Of a stretch of DNA of 64,000 bases, positions 25,278-38,586 are shown piece by piece. The stretch spans positions 324,807 through 388,806 of the forward strand of contig JAAOMT010000706.1 of NCBI GenBank assembly GCA_016748015.1, written 5' to 3'. Numbering within the stretch: position 1 is the stretch's first letter; every line of letters begins with the position of its first letter. The notes under the pieces are model-generated. The model was not told the DNA's origin, ran no database searches, and saw only the letters and a list, made by a program, of their open reading frames with translations. The position numbers and the translations under genes were made by a program. Source of the DNA: Geosiphon pyriformis uo1. Lineage: Eukaryota > Fungi > Glomeromycota.

Positions 25278-26230
25278 TTAAGCATTGCTACTATTTCCTG
25301 CATGATCTCCAGAGAGAATCAAAGCCCGGAGAAAAATTCCCCAAGCCCCATTTTCATCTCTATCCGTTACAGTCTTACAATTTCGGCATTTATATATCGC
25401 AGATCCTCCGATGTTTTGAATGTTTCCAGACCAACTACAAGTCTTGGACGTATAAGCTTCATTTTGGATAATAACATGAATCCCTAATTCCTCTGCTTTG
25501 GCTATTAAACGTTGTCAAAATCGATAGTGTGCTCAGCCAAGCATTTTTCGAACAGTGGAATGATGATCTGTGAATTTCATTTTGCAGGTGTTTAATTTTT
25601 CGTTGCATACATGCTATTGCTTTATCAAGCCTTTTAGCTTTCTTCTTTTTGCGTTTAGAAGTTGATTGTATCAACTTGTTTTTTTTTGATATTAAATTGT
25701 CCATGCAAATGCAAATACGAATAATACGTCCAATATCTTGTTGACCAATTTTACCTATTCCTTTAGTAGGAGAATACCATGTAAAAGGTGTATGAATGCC
25801 AGGATCAATAGAGACTGCATGTATAAATCTATCCACTTGGGTTTCATGGACTTGTTTTTCTATCTCATAAACCCAGGTAAACTTCCACTCATTAGTTTTC
25901 CGAAAATAAATAAGTTTGCTATTACATGTACTTTTGTGTAGAAAGAGCCATTTGTTGTTTTTGTGCTTTGTTTAAAATGTAAAGGCCATAATGAATGTTT
26001 ATTATTATTTGGGCTAGAAATAAGCTTGTATGAATGTGGATATTGATATATTGATGAACTGTAACAAAAAAACGATTCCAAAAAGATTTACTAAAATTTT
26101 GGTGTAATGCTTCACAAGAACAAAAAGAAAGATGATGTATTGGTGTATTTTTGTTGTCACCGTATATTATTTTTAATATCTTTATTTCGTGCTTGATTAC
26201 TGCATTAAAAGCAATCTCATCCATTGTTTT
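25278..26230 (-). pseudogene. Fanzor2/TnpB-like RuvC nuclease pseudogene (IS607-type lineage)
   Basis: RuvC-I AVSIDPG, basic bridge helix and NEIHR. After two small deletions: IIIP and TVRKMLG*AHYRF*QRL..QNEAYTSKTCSWSG...CRNC..DRDENGA, ending at TAA 25278-25280. Contains stops, frameshifts and a lost Zn-finger Cys. Confidence 0.88.
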
Positions 26231-26590
26231 AAGAGTTGTTTTTGAAAATGGTTTGAATATGTTTTAATTAATAATGTACAATGAAGAGTATTTTTTGTTT
26301 TTTGGCATTTGTTATAGATTGTTATTATTATTTTTGCTTTTTAGTTTCTATGTTTCAATTGTATTTTATTCATTATTTTTGTATTCTATTATTAATGGCA
26401 AGAATATTTTTGGTCAATTCATATTTACTAAAGATTGATTTGTTAATGAAGACCATAAATTTTGCAAATTAAAAAACAAAACATATTGGAAAAAGTTGAA
26501 ACAGCAGTATCAATCAAAATAATCACAATTCTTAAAATTATTTTGCAACTTGTTATTCCAATAGGGTCTTAAACAGCAGTTTTTATTGTT

Positions 26591-26598
26591 TAATAATA

Positions 26599-26636
<38 letters not shown>
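26591..26636. repeat. (TAA)n microsatellite
   Basis: Near-perfect TAA tandem at the edge of an AT-rich relic. Confidence 0.85.
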
Positions 26637-26637
<1 letters not shown>

Positions 26638-27663
26638 TTTAAATAATATTAGCTGTTTTTATTATGTTAATAAATTTTAGAATACAAAAAAATTTAATAT
26701 AATTTTTTAAATACTAATATTATTTTTTGTGTTTTTAGTGTAAAACAAAAACATTTTTTCAAACAATACAACAATTTTTTATTTAATTTTCAACTTAAAA
26801 ACTCTTTAATAATATCAAATTAAATATTAATTTCAAAAAATTGAAATATGAGATTTTATTAAAATAAACAAATTATAAAATAATAACAATTTCTAATATT
26901 TATCTTAAAAAATTTAATAAAAAATTTAATTTGTTAAAATTAATATTTACAGTTTAAAATTATTATGTATAATTTTTTTTAATTTAATAAGTGAAGTTTA
27001 ACTACTATCTAATACATAAAACCAAACTAAAAAATTTAAACTAAATATGATTTACATAGTTGTTACATATAACTACCCACTTAGACCAAATAAAACAATA
27101 CTATATACTTAAATTAACAATAATTTTATCTTTTAAACCAAAAAAAAAAGGCACAAATTATGTCAACCAAAACTAACTGTAAAAAATTTAAAAACTTTTA
27201 ACAATTAAATTATTTTATTTGACAAATAAACTGGCAATTTACAAAACAAACCAAATATTATACTATTATTATTAACCAAATTAATACTTTTTATATCAAT
27301 TTTATACTTAGTTTTAAGAAACCAAATTTTTGAATAATACTATTTTACCAAATACTTCATAAATTCAACAACAGCCAAAATTGTCTTTTTTCTATTTTTA
27401 AAAATTGACACAACTTTTAAAAACTATTTTTTCAAAATAAAACTTTTATAAATTATAACATATAAACTTATATTTGAGACATATAAAGATAGCATTTATA
27501 ATATAGCAAAAATAACAGAAATATAAATACCAGTCAATAACATTCAATAATTAGAAAATTCTAACAATAATTTTTTATGAATATTATGGTGCAGATCATT
27601 TATAGTCATCAAACAATTTATATAATTTTAAATTGTATCTAGTCTTCCAATTTTAATAATATT

Positions 27664-27728
27664 AAAAAACTAAACCGTAAATATGTTAGATTAAGTTCTT
27701 CTCTTTCACATTTACGGTTTAATTTTTT
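27664..27728. repeat. Inverted repeat (22-bp arms, 21-nt spacer)
   Basis: AAAAAACTAAACCGTAAATATG ... CACATTTACGGTTTAATTTTTT, 20/22 complementary. Confidence 0.8.
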
Positions 27729-27925
27729 GAATTATATTATAATTTATAAAGTTATTAAAGTTTAAAATTAGCCACTTTTATTATTAATCTTTAATTTTCG
27801 GATGCCGATCAATCAGATTTTAGCCAATCAGCAATCACTAAAGTCACGTCACCACGTGATAAATCATCGAAGTATTATCATTTTCAGAAAGGCTTTCAAT
27901 TAATATTAATCTAATCTTTAGATGG

Positions 27926-28387
27926 TCACTTTTTTATAAAGATATAATATCTCTCGGCCTGCGTGTCTTCTGCTGGTGACACGGCACCATTAACCATGAA
28001 TATTCCATTCACACCACCACCATATTCGGTTGTCATTATTGGAACAGAAACCCAGATATCAATATTGTTTACACCAGGCGTCAAAGAAATCGTAAAAGTA
28101 CTATGAGCGATTGTCGGAGAATTTGGGAATGTCATTTGCGCTCTATTTGTAACCTTGCGTTATTATAATGTGGATACTTACTTTGAATTCACAAATAACC
28201 TTTCAATGACTATAATGTTGCGTTTCAAAGAATTGCTTGGATCTAAGAGATATACGAAATCCCCTGTAATAAAGATTTCTGGTTAAATTTAATATTTGAA
28301 TGATGAATTATACCAAAGAGAAATATAACGACTAAAATACCTATCGTGTATTCGACCGAATCATGATCTAGTTTTAAAATTGGTTTC
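27926..28387 (-). pseudogene. Truncated RSC/polybromo-like fragment (start of a BAH domain joined to an Ig-like C-terminus)
   Basis: Exons 28387-28341, 28263-28182 and 28142-27926 splice (GT-AG) to KPILKLDHDSVEYTIGDFVYLLDPSNSLKRNIIVIERLF..(BAH-like)..FTISLTPGVNNIDIWVS..ERYYIFIKK*. No convincing in-frame start found. Confidence 0.5.
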
Positions 28388-28869
28388 CTAGGTTGTAAAA
28401 GGAATTTCGATTGTTGAATATTTCAACAACTTATTAGAATGTGATATATAATAGCTTATCACAATAATCAAGAAACTTACATCAGTTGGTGTTAATTTAG
28501 GGGAATCAGATTGGAATTGAAAGATCTTTGGCTTTATCTTGATTGAGAAAACTGAAGTTGTCTTAAAGCCCATAACCTTGAATAGCTCTTTTTTTGTTAG
28601 TGTTGTACATTTTCTAACGAGTTCGTTTTGATGCAAAAAATGTATGAAACGTATTAGTTCAAGTAGATAAAACCCAGATTTTTTTGTAAAAGCCTAATAA
28701 ACTTCTTACTTATAAATAATATATTAAAAACACATGTATATTAACCAATAAAATTTAATTATATAAATAAAAACACGTGAAGATCGTCATTTAAAATTTC
28801 GGACTGATCTACATTTTTGATGATTATAAATGGTTTGCACCATAGTATTTTTAAAACAAGTAAATATGT

Positions 28870-31766
28870 GATTTGGTATTTCTATCTTTTTATATAATAA
28901 ACACAAAACATCAGAATAAGTTTTGTTATATAATTTTTTTTAATTGCTATTAGCAGCTTTTTATGTACTGTTTTTATCAAATACATATACAAATTGGCTG
29001 AAATTCTGCTAGTAAACTTAAACAATATATGTAAATTAAAGTATTATATTTGTAAAATCAAAAACTAGTCCATTTTCTAAATTAACAAGTCAGAAATTAT
29101 ATTATGACTAGAATCAACTTTTATTAAGTACTACAAATAATTTATATAAATTGTAAACAAAATAATAAGTATTACCAAACACTACTATTTTTTTAGTCAT
29201 AATGAAATATTAATATATACTATTTGACAAAAAATAAGAAGAATAAGCAGTTTTTCTTGTTAACAAATTAGTTCTGTTATTATTTAAAATTCTTAAATAG
29301 CTCTTAATCTTTAACTACTTAATTAAAAGATTTTTACTTCTAATTAAATTAAAAATATGTTTTTTTTCTATTCAACAATAATTACAAAAGTTTAGTATAA
29401 CAAAACCCAACTTAAAAGCACATATATCAATAGTTTTTTGGCTATTCAAGTATAAAACCACTATACAAAAAGCTGGTACATATTTTAAAACCAAAGCAAC
29501 TGTCTGTAATTTGGCTATTATAGAGAATAAAAATTTATATATACTAATACTAATATCTATGTTTACAATTAAAAAATATATAGCAGTTCTACTAATCATC
29601 TTTGCAAAATTCAAACTATTTAAAAAATCATTTATATATGTTTTAATAGTATTTGTTTAAATTTTAAGCAAATATTTACATACTTCAGAAAACTTTTCAG
29701 ATTTCAAAATATCTAAACTGTATAACCTATCAAATTGGTCAAAGTCAGCATTAATAAAACTATTATTATACAAAAAATTTGATATTAACTTAAATCAAAA
29801 AGACACTAGTTTTTTTGGATTTAATTTTTTTATCTACAAAATGTTTTCTGGTTTATAATAATGTTTTTTTATTCAAGAGTTTGTTCCTAAATACAATTTT
29901 AAACTTTTTTAAAGAACAAACTAAATTATAATACAAATACTTTTCCAAAATAATTAATATTGGAAATTCACTAGAATAATAAAGTACATTTGGCAAATTG
30001 TTTATTAGAAATAAATTGTTTTTCAAAAACAGTCTTACTATCTTAGCCAAAAAATTGTTTACAAAACTGATTTACAACTTAACAAAATACTATAAAAGAT
30101 TTAATAAAGCCCATTCCAAAATCTGCAAATCTGCAAATCTGTAATTAAAAAGCTACTTAAAAATATTTGCAGTATTAAAAAAAACAATTACTGCAGTCAA
30201 CTTTTTTTTAGCTTGTACTTGCTCAAAAGTTTTCAACTTATACAAAGAAAAATAATGTAAAGTATTATTAGAAAAATTTTATGACAAATTGGTCTTTGAC
30301 TTAAAACTCTTCCTAATTATAACATTTTACTTATAACATATATTTATTGAAATAAAACTAAACTGTAAGTAATAACTAACTATTAATTACAAAACTATTA
30401 ATACTAAATATAAGAATTGTTTATTAGTAATTATTTTTCTTAATATTATATTATTAAAAAACCAGAGATTAAAATGAATTTTAACTATACTTGGCTTTAA
30501 CAGCTTTTTAGTTAACAAAAAAAATTTTAAATATCTGTGCAATTTACTCTTTTTAGCAATTGAAATCAGTAAGCTACTAATTTTTAAAAAAGCTGTTTTT
30601 ATATCTTGATTGATAAAAATAACCACTGTTTTTTTATTATTAATTGAAATATTATTAATTCTAAAAAATTTGCTAGCTATATCCAAAATATATTGCATAA
30701 TAGCTTAACTACTTTTAATTCAAATTATATTATCAACAAAGACACTTGTAATAAAAAATAATGTTTTTTCTCCAATGTTTTTTATTTTATCAGTTTTGGC
30801 TATAAATCTAGTATTAATTTAATACTTATATAAACATTTATGTTTCTTAACTTTACACAAGAAAAAGTTATAAAAAATCTTCCAAAAAAAAGACAAAAAA
30901 ACTTCAATTTAATTCTATTTGTTATGTATTTTATAATTTTTTAAAAACCCAAAATTAGTTATTATTCTATTTACTCTTTTTTTATGTATATTGCCAAAAA
31001 ATTTAATAAACTAGTTACATATTTTAATGTATTGCAGATTAGTTTTCAAATAATGTCATTTAATTCAATTATATGCTTTACATATATTCTATAATACTAA
31101 TCAAAGCTTTTTGTTTTTTTTCAGAGCATTTTTAATTACTGAACCAACAGTAAATACAAGAAATTGAATCAAAGTACTTCTTAAAACCAAAAAATTATCA
31201 CCCTAAAGAACATCAAATTTCTTACAAGCCAATAAAATCTAATCTAAAAAAATCTTGAATAGGATCTTTTTAACAGTTTTAATTAGTGCAATAGATTAAG
31301 TATTTGTCAAAATGCTATTTTATTTATAAGACTTAGAGATTATTAAAACTCATACTTTCTTTTGAACAATTAGAATATTATTAAAAACCAGGCAAAAGTT
31401 TATTAAAACTAATATGTATTTTATTACTATATTATTATAATGCTTTAAAGCTCATTAAATATATCAAACAGATTAATAGTTTTGCTATTAAGCAGATTTT
31501 TAATTACTAAAACCAACTTATTTATGCTAATTACTTTTATTACCTCCAAAAAAACAGTATTATTTACATATTTCAAAAGTGTATATTAATAAAACTACTG
31601 ATTGAACAGTTCTAGAAACACAATTTGCTTCTTTATTTAATTTTTTATAATTTTGTTAACTCCAAGCATTATCTTACCTAACTTCAAAATCAACTTTTTT
31701 CTTATTAATAAATAATCAAAAACTATTTTACAAAAAGATTTTTTTAAAATATTCTTTATTATGTGT
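28870..31766 (-). mobile_element. Degenerate LINE (RT C-terminus + RNase H), cut at 31767 by the LTR nest
   Basis: 30387-30698 (QYILDIASKFFRINNISINNKKT..HRYL), an FVDN (FVDD) motif just upstream, 29853-30050 and 29372-29614 (RNase H-like, LQTVALVL..YLNSQ). Left boundary approximate. Confidence 0.8.
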
Positions 31767-32723
31767 TGTTACCAGTAGAACTTTAGCTATTAATTAGCAT
31801 AAAATTATTCTCATAATTTCTATTATTAATTAACTATATTATTATCATTTTAATTATCACTTATTATTTAACCAAATTATCAAATATTATTATTTAATTA
31901 ATAATCTGATTTGTATTATAGAAATTAAGATGATTAAATTACACAATACTCTAAACCATTTAATATAGTCAAAATTCGCCGAAATTGATGAAAATTTGCC
32001 AAAATAATCAATAGTTTGTAGAAATAACTTGTAGTTTACTAAAATGTATTTTTAGTTCACTGAAATTAGAGCAAAAAAAAAGTGTAAGTTCAAAGACTAG
32101 TATTACAACAAATTGTATAAAAAAAGAGCTTCTCTCTTCAAGAAAATATATCTTATTATAGTATCTTATTTTAGATATCTTAATCAAAACAAATCATCTT
32201 GTATACTTCCTTAAAAATCAAATAAAAATCAAATATTTGAAAATTAAATTCTTAATTATTATACTTGAAATTCACAAAAAAAACTTAACTAACATTTTGA
32301 AATTAATTAACTACCAATTTCAATAATCTGTTAATAACTCCAGACCTGAATAAAAAACGTTTTTTTTGACAAAATTTTATTATTTTTACATTTCTTTTTT
32401 TTTCTTATTATAATCATTAGGATAGTCTACAGATGAGATTTCTGTAGAAAAGTTAACTTTTACAGCAAAGTAACTACACACTTTTAGTGAGCTTCCAAAC
32501 AAGCAATTCCTGAGAAAAAGTTGATGTTTACTACAATATAACTACATAAAGTAATTGGGACAGAATTGGCCATTCCACTTATAAGCCCAGCAGTTCAAAT
32601 TATAAAAGATAATTTGAAGATAAATTCAGTTATTAGAGGTTTAACTACTTCTTTTAGTCATAAATTCACAGCAAACAGACATTAACAACATTCAAAAAAA
32701 GAGACCAAAAACTTCCAGTAACA
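31767..32723 (+). repeat. 5' LTR of A-III
   Basis: TGTTACCA...CAGTAACA followed by TT-TGGTGCTCT. Confidence 0.92.
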
Positions 32724-35700
32724 TTTGGTGCTCTTTTATAGAAATAATACAGCAATAACAACTTCAAAGTAGCAACCACACCAGACATAACAACTTTAGA
32801 GTATTATCAGTCAATTTACACTCACTGCAAACAAAGATTCAACATCCAAGACGGAATTGAAATTTTCAAGAAATTACTATACCAATACATTGAAAATCAC
32901 ATCAACAATTATCTTTTTGAAAATTACAACATTTCAAAAGTTAAAAACAATCTCTACAATAATTTAGTACACTATTTACAATTGGAAACTAAAGACCTTA
33001 ACAGTGAAACACTTGGCACTTATTTTCAAGAACTTAACTTTAACATTATTTAATATTGTAAAAAAAAATACTCAGTACAGTCCAAATACTCTTTTGACTT
33101 TAAATTAAAACCAGAAAACAGCAAAAGTAAAAAACAGAAAAGAAAAACATCTCAAATTAGTCATACAACTCACAACACACCAAAAACAACTGCAAAATAC
33201 TTGTAAACACCTAAACAAAGAACCAGTGTCAAATTACCACTTTCTATTACACCATTTTCAATTTCACTTACTTAACCACAAACACCAAATTCATTTTTTA
33301 TCCAGTTCTCAAAACTAAAAGATTTTCAGTTACTTAAAAGTTCTATTTAATAGCAAAAACCAATATTAACCAGCACCAATCTTTTTGATTACTTGGAAAA
33401 AAATCAAAACAATCATTTAAAGAACCTAGAAAGTGAAAAAACCAAATCAGAACAAGAAAAAACTACCAAAAACAAAAAAAAATAGCAACTGCATATATTG
33501 CAAAAATTTCTGAATTTACTAATAAAAATAATAATATCAGTTCTCAAGAATGACTTGACAAAGTTCAAAAAATAATACCAGTTCTTAAAAATGACTTGAC
33601 AAAGTTCAGAAAGCAGAAGATATAAATAGATAGAATACAGCAAGAATGCTTAAAGCAATTTCATATTTCCTCTAAAAAACAGCAGAAGAATGGTTTGAAA
33701 ATATAAATGAACTATTTGAAAACTGGCAAGAATTAAAAGCTGCTTTTTTACAACAATTCATTGACAAAAACATCTTTATTACTCTTCAAAATTGCTTTTA
33801 CAATATCAAACAAGAAACATCTGAAACTGTCATGATCTATCTTGAGAGATTTAATAAACTTCTTAGATGAATTTGACAATTAAAAACCAATGACTACTAT
33901 TCTAATGCCCAGATTCTGAATTAATTTATTGCAAGATTAAAAGATAAATTAATCAAAAAAGTTTATCCACATGCCCTAGCAGACTTAACAACAACTATTA
34001 GATATACAAAGAACTATAAAATAGCAATAGAAGAAATAAACTATATCAAACTTGTGAATTTTGCTATTGAAAAAACCAGCTCAGTAGCAAAAGAAAAAAT
34101 TGACCAACTCACAAAAAAAGTTAAGAACTATTTCACCAACTAACAATAACAGCAACAATCACAAAGATATTAACTATCTCAATAATGCAATCAAAACAAC
34201 TATTTTTTATTATCTAACAACCAACTACAAAGTTGTTATTATTGTGGAATTTCAGAACATTAGAAATGAGATTGTAGAAAAATGCAAAGAGACCAACAAA
34301 ACAGGAATAATTAACGTTATTCCCAACATTAACAGTCTTATTACCAATCTCTACTACCAGCATATCACTTATCAAGACCACAGTATTAAAACAACTATTA
34401 CTAACTAGTCTTATAACCAATACAACAGCAATCTCTACAGGTTCAACAATATCACCCATTATTTGTACAACAATATTAAATACTTGCCCAAAGATTGGTT
34501 CAATAAAACCAATTTATCTTTCAGAACAATTTCTTAACAAACAACAACAGATTTAACTCTAACAACTAATTAGTTTCTCAAAATCCTATTTAGCAAAAAC
34601 CCAGTTACTATTACACTCAACTCAGTTATCTTACAATGCCAAAAAAAATTGGATTTTTAACAAACTGCATTTTTTGAAGGTAAAGCTACAGCACCAAGAT
34701 CAAATCCTTCCAACAATACTATTTCACCAGCCCAAATTGCTCAAAATGCCAATCTCTCAAATATATTTCCATTCAAATTTGAAGCCAATAAATTACCATT
34801 CTTGTTTAGTAATGCAGCAATTAATGAGCAAAAAGCAATTACTGCTATATATACTAAAGCTGAAATAAAAAAAAACAAATATACTTGATCTTAGACAATG
34901 GATCTGCTAGAAGCATTATTACTTACCAATTAATACAACAACTCAATCAAACTGTTAACAGATTTGCCCAAACAGTTATTGTCACTACAGATAATATAAA
35001 AAAGACTCCAATAAAAAAAATTGACAACTTTCTATTTACCATTGATGGAATTACTATTCCAATCAAAGTTTTAGTCATAGATGCATCCCAATATTAAGCT
35101 CTTATCAGAAACAATTGGTTTCTCAAGGCCAATACAAATCTAGATTGAAAAACCCAAGAACTAAAAATTTCATACCAAAGACAATACACCAGAGTACCTG
35201 CCATCTGTGGTATTTTTAATAAACAATCTAAAAAAACCACAGTGTTTGAATTTGAAAAGGAGAAAGAAATGCCAATTATTGAAACATATATGGCTCTTGG
35301 ATTAACATTTAATTGGGCTGAAAAGACAAAACAAAAAATTTTTGAAGAAACCAGAAGATGAAATATTGTTCAATACTTTATATCAAAACCACAAAAACAA
35401 CCACTTTACATTCCACTTAAATGTAAAGATTGCAAAAAAAAACTTTTATCAATGGAAGCATACATATCTTCAGAAGAAGAATACAAAACACACATCTATT
35501 ATTTTTGCAAAGCATGCCATAAAGAATGATTTAAATACTCCAAACAAAGTGAAAAATAGGATAACACTCTTTGTCTTATATGTGGAGATATGTTATCAAA
35601 AGAGTACAACTGGATTGATGTTGCAATGATAGGAGGAGTATGTAACCAAACCTGCCAATATGTCTTTTCAATCTTGAAAAAAGTCAAAAAAAGAACATTC

Positions 35701-36409
35701 TTTGATACAGCATACAATAGTGCTTTTAACAAACTCTAATATTACTCTTATAATGCTGAAATGATCTTTGATTTAGCAATAGCTTTAATTAATAGAGCCA
35801 TACAAAAAGATGTTTGCTAAATAAAAAAAGCTAAATATATTGAATACATTATAGAATTAGCTGAATTCAACTATGAAGATAAAGTGGAAACATATCATTA
35901 AATTACAAGTTATATTTATCCAATCCAAAAAGCTCAAATTCAATAATTAGAGCAAATAAACATTCAATTGTGTAAAGAATACATTATGTCTTGTAATGAC
36001 AAATGATGTCCAGAATGCTATGCTCTTAGCATTTTTTTGTTCAGTGAAAATGACCAGAAGAAAATCAAGTTTGAAGAATATAAGCAAGAAGAAAAAATTA
36101 CAACAACTTCAATCTATCTCACTGAGAATCAACCAGTCCTACAACTTAAATATTTCAACAACAATGGTTAAGAAATCAAGCCAGAAAAAGCCCACAATAT
36201 AAATGTTAAATATGATCTATGATACTCAAGAAAAGATACTTTGGTTCTCTAACCAAAATTTTTAACAAAAATCAATCTCAGAATTGCCCTCAAAATTTCA
36301 CCAGGAGTAATGGTTCAAATTGCTTCCAAATTATTATTGGCAAGCAAAAAAATTAATGTTAAAGAAGGAGTTATAGATGCAGGATATACTGGAGACATCA
36401 TTATTATAC

Positions 36410-37095
36410 TGTTACAGATTGGAGTAACAAGCTAACAGATAGCAAGGAAGAACAGGATTGTAGAGTGATGAAAATAATCAAAGGAGATTCAACTTCAATG
36501 AGCAAATTGAATGAGTATGGATTCAATGTGCAAGATCAGTCTCATAAAATATCTCAGTCGCTATTCTTTTCAAAGGTAACTGAAAAATCTGAAGGTAGAA
36601 AGATAGTCCATACTGTCAAGAATTGATCACCACTAGTATAATTTTATGTCTCACATTGGCGCTCTTAGAATTCAATATCAGGTATCAACTTGTGCTTTTC
36701 AGTTATATTTATTCAAATAATCTTTAAATGCTACAACTATATATGTCAGGAAAAGGCCAACAAGTAATCTTTTATCCAAAAAATGTTCAGATATTTGAAG
36801 GTAGGAAAAGAGAAATTAGCAATAAGAGAATGTTTGAGATGGAAGTTTGTTATTTTATTTCTTTGATTGTCTTGATTCCTTACATTGATATTTTTCTACA
36901 GTTAAGAGACTTATTATTTATATATCTATTGAAAGTGGTTAATGACCAGGTCAATGATCAGGTCAATGATCAGGTCAACAGTCAGGTTATTGATCAGGTC
37001 AATGATTACTATTTAAAAATAGGATGGCTAATTATATGACATCAGTGGTTAATACATGTGATAACTAATAAAAACTATGAGTTTCAATCATAACA
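36410..37095. mobile_element. Solo LTR of a third family (C), inserted in the A-III dUTPase
   Basis: TGTTA...TAACA termini and 4-bp TSD ATAC (36406-36409, 37096-37099). Removing it restores in-frame GD-I-I-I-I-LQN of the dUTPase. Internal 12-bp tandem AATGATCAGGTC at about 36941-37006. Confidence 0.85.
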
Positions 37096-37625
37096 ATACT
37101 ACAGAATAAAACTGAAAAACCATTCAGAATAAAACATGCTAAAAAAATTGTTTAAGCAATTTACCTACTCTTAATTAACATTTCAGAGTTACAATCAATT
37201 AATAACAGAGAACAATTGGGCAAAAGCAAAAGAAAAATACAAGGTTTTGGTTTAACTAAACAATTCACAGTTTCAGTAAACATAGCTTTCAATGCACAGA
37301 ATAAATCTTACCAGATTCTTTAACTTTTCCAACCAATTATCATATTATCTTTTGAAGAACATTACGAGATTTACATTTGCTTAAAATCTACTACCACCCA
37401 ACAAATCTTTGAATCTAATGAACAAATCTGTTTAAAGCATGAAATTTTAATACCAAACATTTATATTTCCAAAGAAATAAAAAAATTTCAAGTTACATTT
37501 TACAATCTCAACAATTACTCTATTGTTTTATTAAATAAATTAGAAATTGAAATCATATATAGCAATATCTTTTAAAATGAAAATCCTTAAATTGTCTTTA
37601 ATTTCATCAAAATTGTAAGACATAC

Positions 37626-38586
37626 TGTTACTGAAAGTTTTTGGTCTCTTTTCTTAAATGTTGTTAATGTTGATTTGCTGTGAATTCACGTTCTCAAGAA
37701 GTAGTTGGACCTTCAGTAACTGAATTTATCTTCAAATTATCTCCTATAATTTGAACTGTTGGATTTATGAATGGAATGACCAATTCCATGCCAGTTGTTT
37801 TGTATAGTTATATTGTAGTAAACATCAACTCTTTCTCAGGAATTGCTCGTCTTGAAGCTCACTAAAAATGTGTAGTTACTTTGCTGTGAAAGTCAACTCT
37901 TCTACAGAAATTTCATTTGTAGGCTACTCTAATGTTTATAATAAAAAAAGAAAGAAAAATAAAAGAAAATATAAAAGAAATAGATTTTTGTCAAGAGAAA
38001 CGTTTTCTATTCAGGTCTGAAGTCACTAACAGATTACTGAAATTGGTAGCTAATTAATTTCAAAATATTAGTTTGTGTTGAGAAAATTTCAAGTATAATA
38101 ATCAAAGAATTTGGTTTTTGAATATTTAATTTTTATTTGATTTTGTAAAAAAATAATTTGTTTCAATTAAGATCTCTAAAGTAAGATATTATGGTAAGAT
38201 ACTATGTGAAGATACATTTTCTTAAAAAAAGAAGCTCTTCTTTTATACAACTTGTTGTAGTACTAGTCTTTGAACTTGCACTTTTCTTTTTGCTACAATT
38301 TGATACATTTTGATGAACTACAAGTTATTTCACTGAACTATTGATTATTTCGGCCAATTTTCATTAATTTCGGCGAATTTTGACTATGTTAAATAGTTCA
38401 GGGTATTGTGTAATTTGATCATCTTAATTTCTATAGTACAAATTGGATTATTGATTAAGTAATAATATTTGATAATTTGATTAAATAATAAGTAATAATC
38501 AAAATAATAATAATATATGCTAATTAATAATAGGAATTATAAAGGTAATTTCATGCTAATTAATAACTAAAATTTTACTGATAATA
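37626..38586 (-). repeat. 3' LTR of A-II
   Basis: Direct repeat of 56759-57732, differing mostly by transitions. Confidence 0.95.

Larger units (their letters stand above)
31767..37625 (+). mobile_element. Family A copy A-III, 5' part (LTR, gag, PR, Zn domain, dUTPase); host of the nest
   Basis: LTR TGTTACCA at 31767, PBS TGGTGCTCT at 32726, heavily stop-ridden gag-pol colinear with the other A copies. The reading ...IVRH|TLLPNPNII resumes at 57738 after A-II. Confidence 0.92.

Noticed and set aside
32760-36400. Alternative genetic code (TAA/TAG = Gln) suggested by frequent in-frame stops
   Set aside because: Host genes end in TAA/TAG/TGA normally. The stops differ between copies and come with CGA>TGA, TGG>TGA and E>K changes, which indicates mutation.
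36728-37039. ORF with VNDQ repeats
   Set aside because: It is the translation of the 12-bp tandem inside solo LTR C; there is no other coding evidence.
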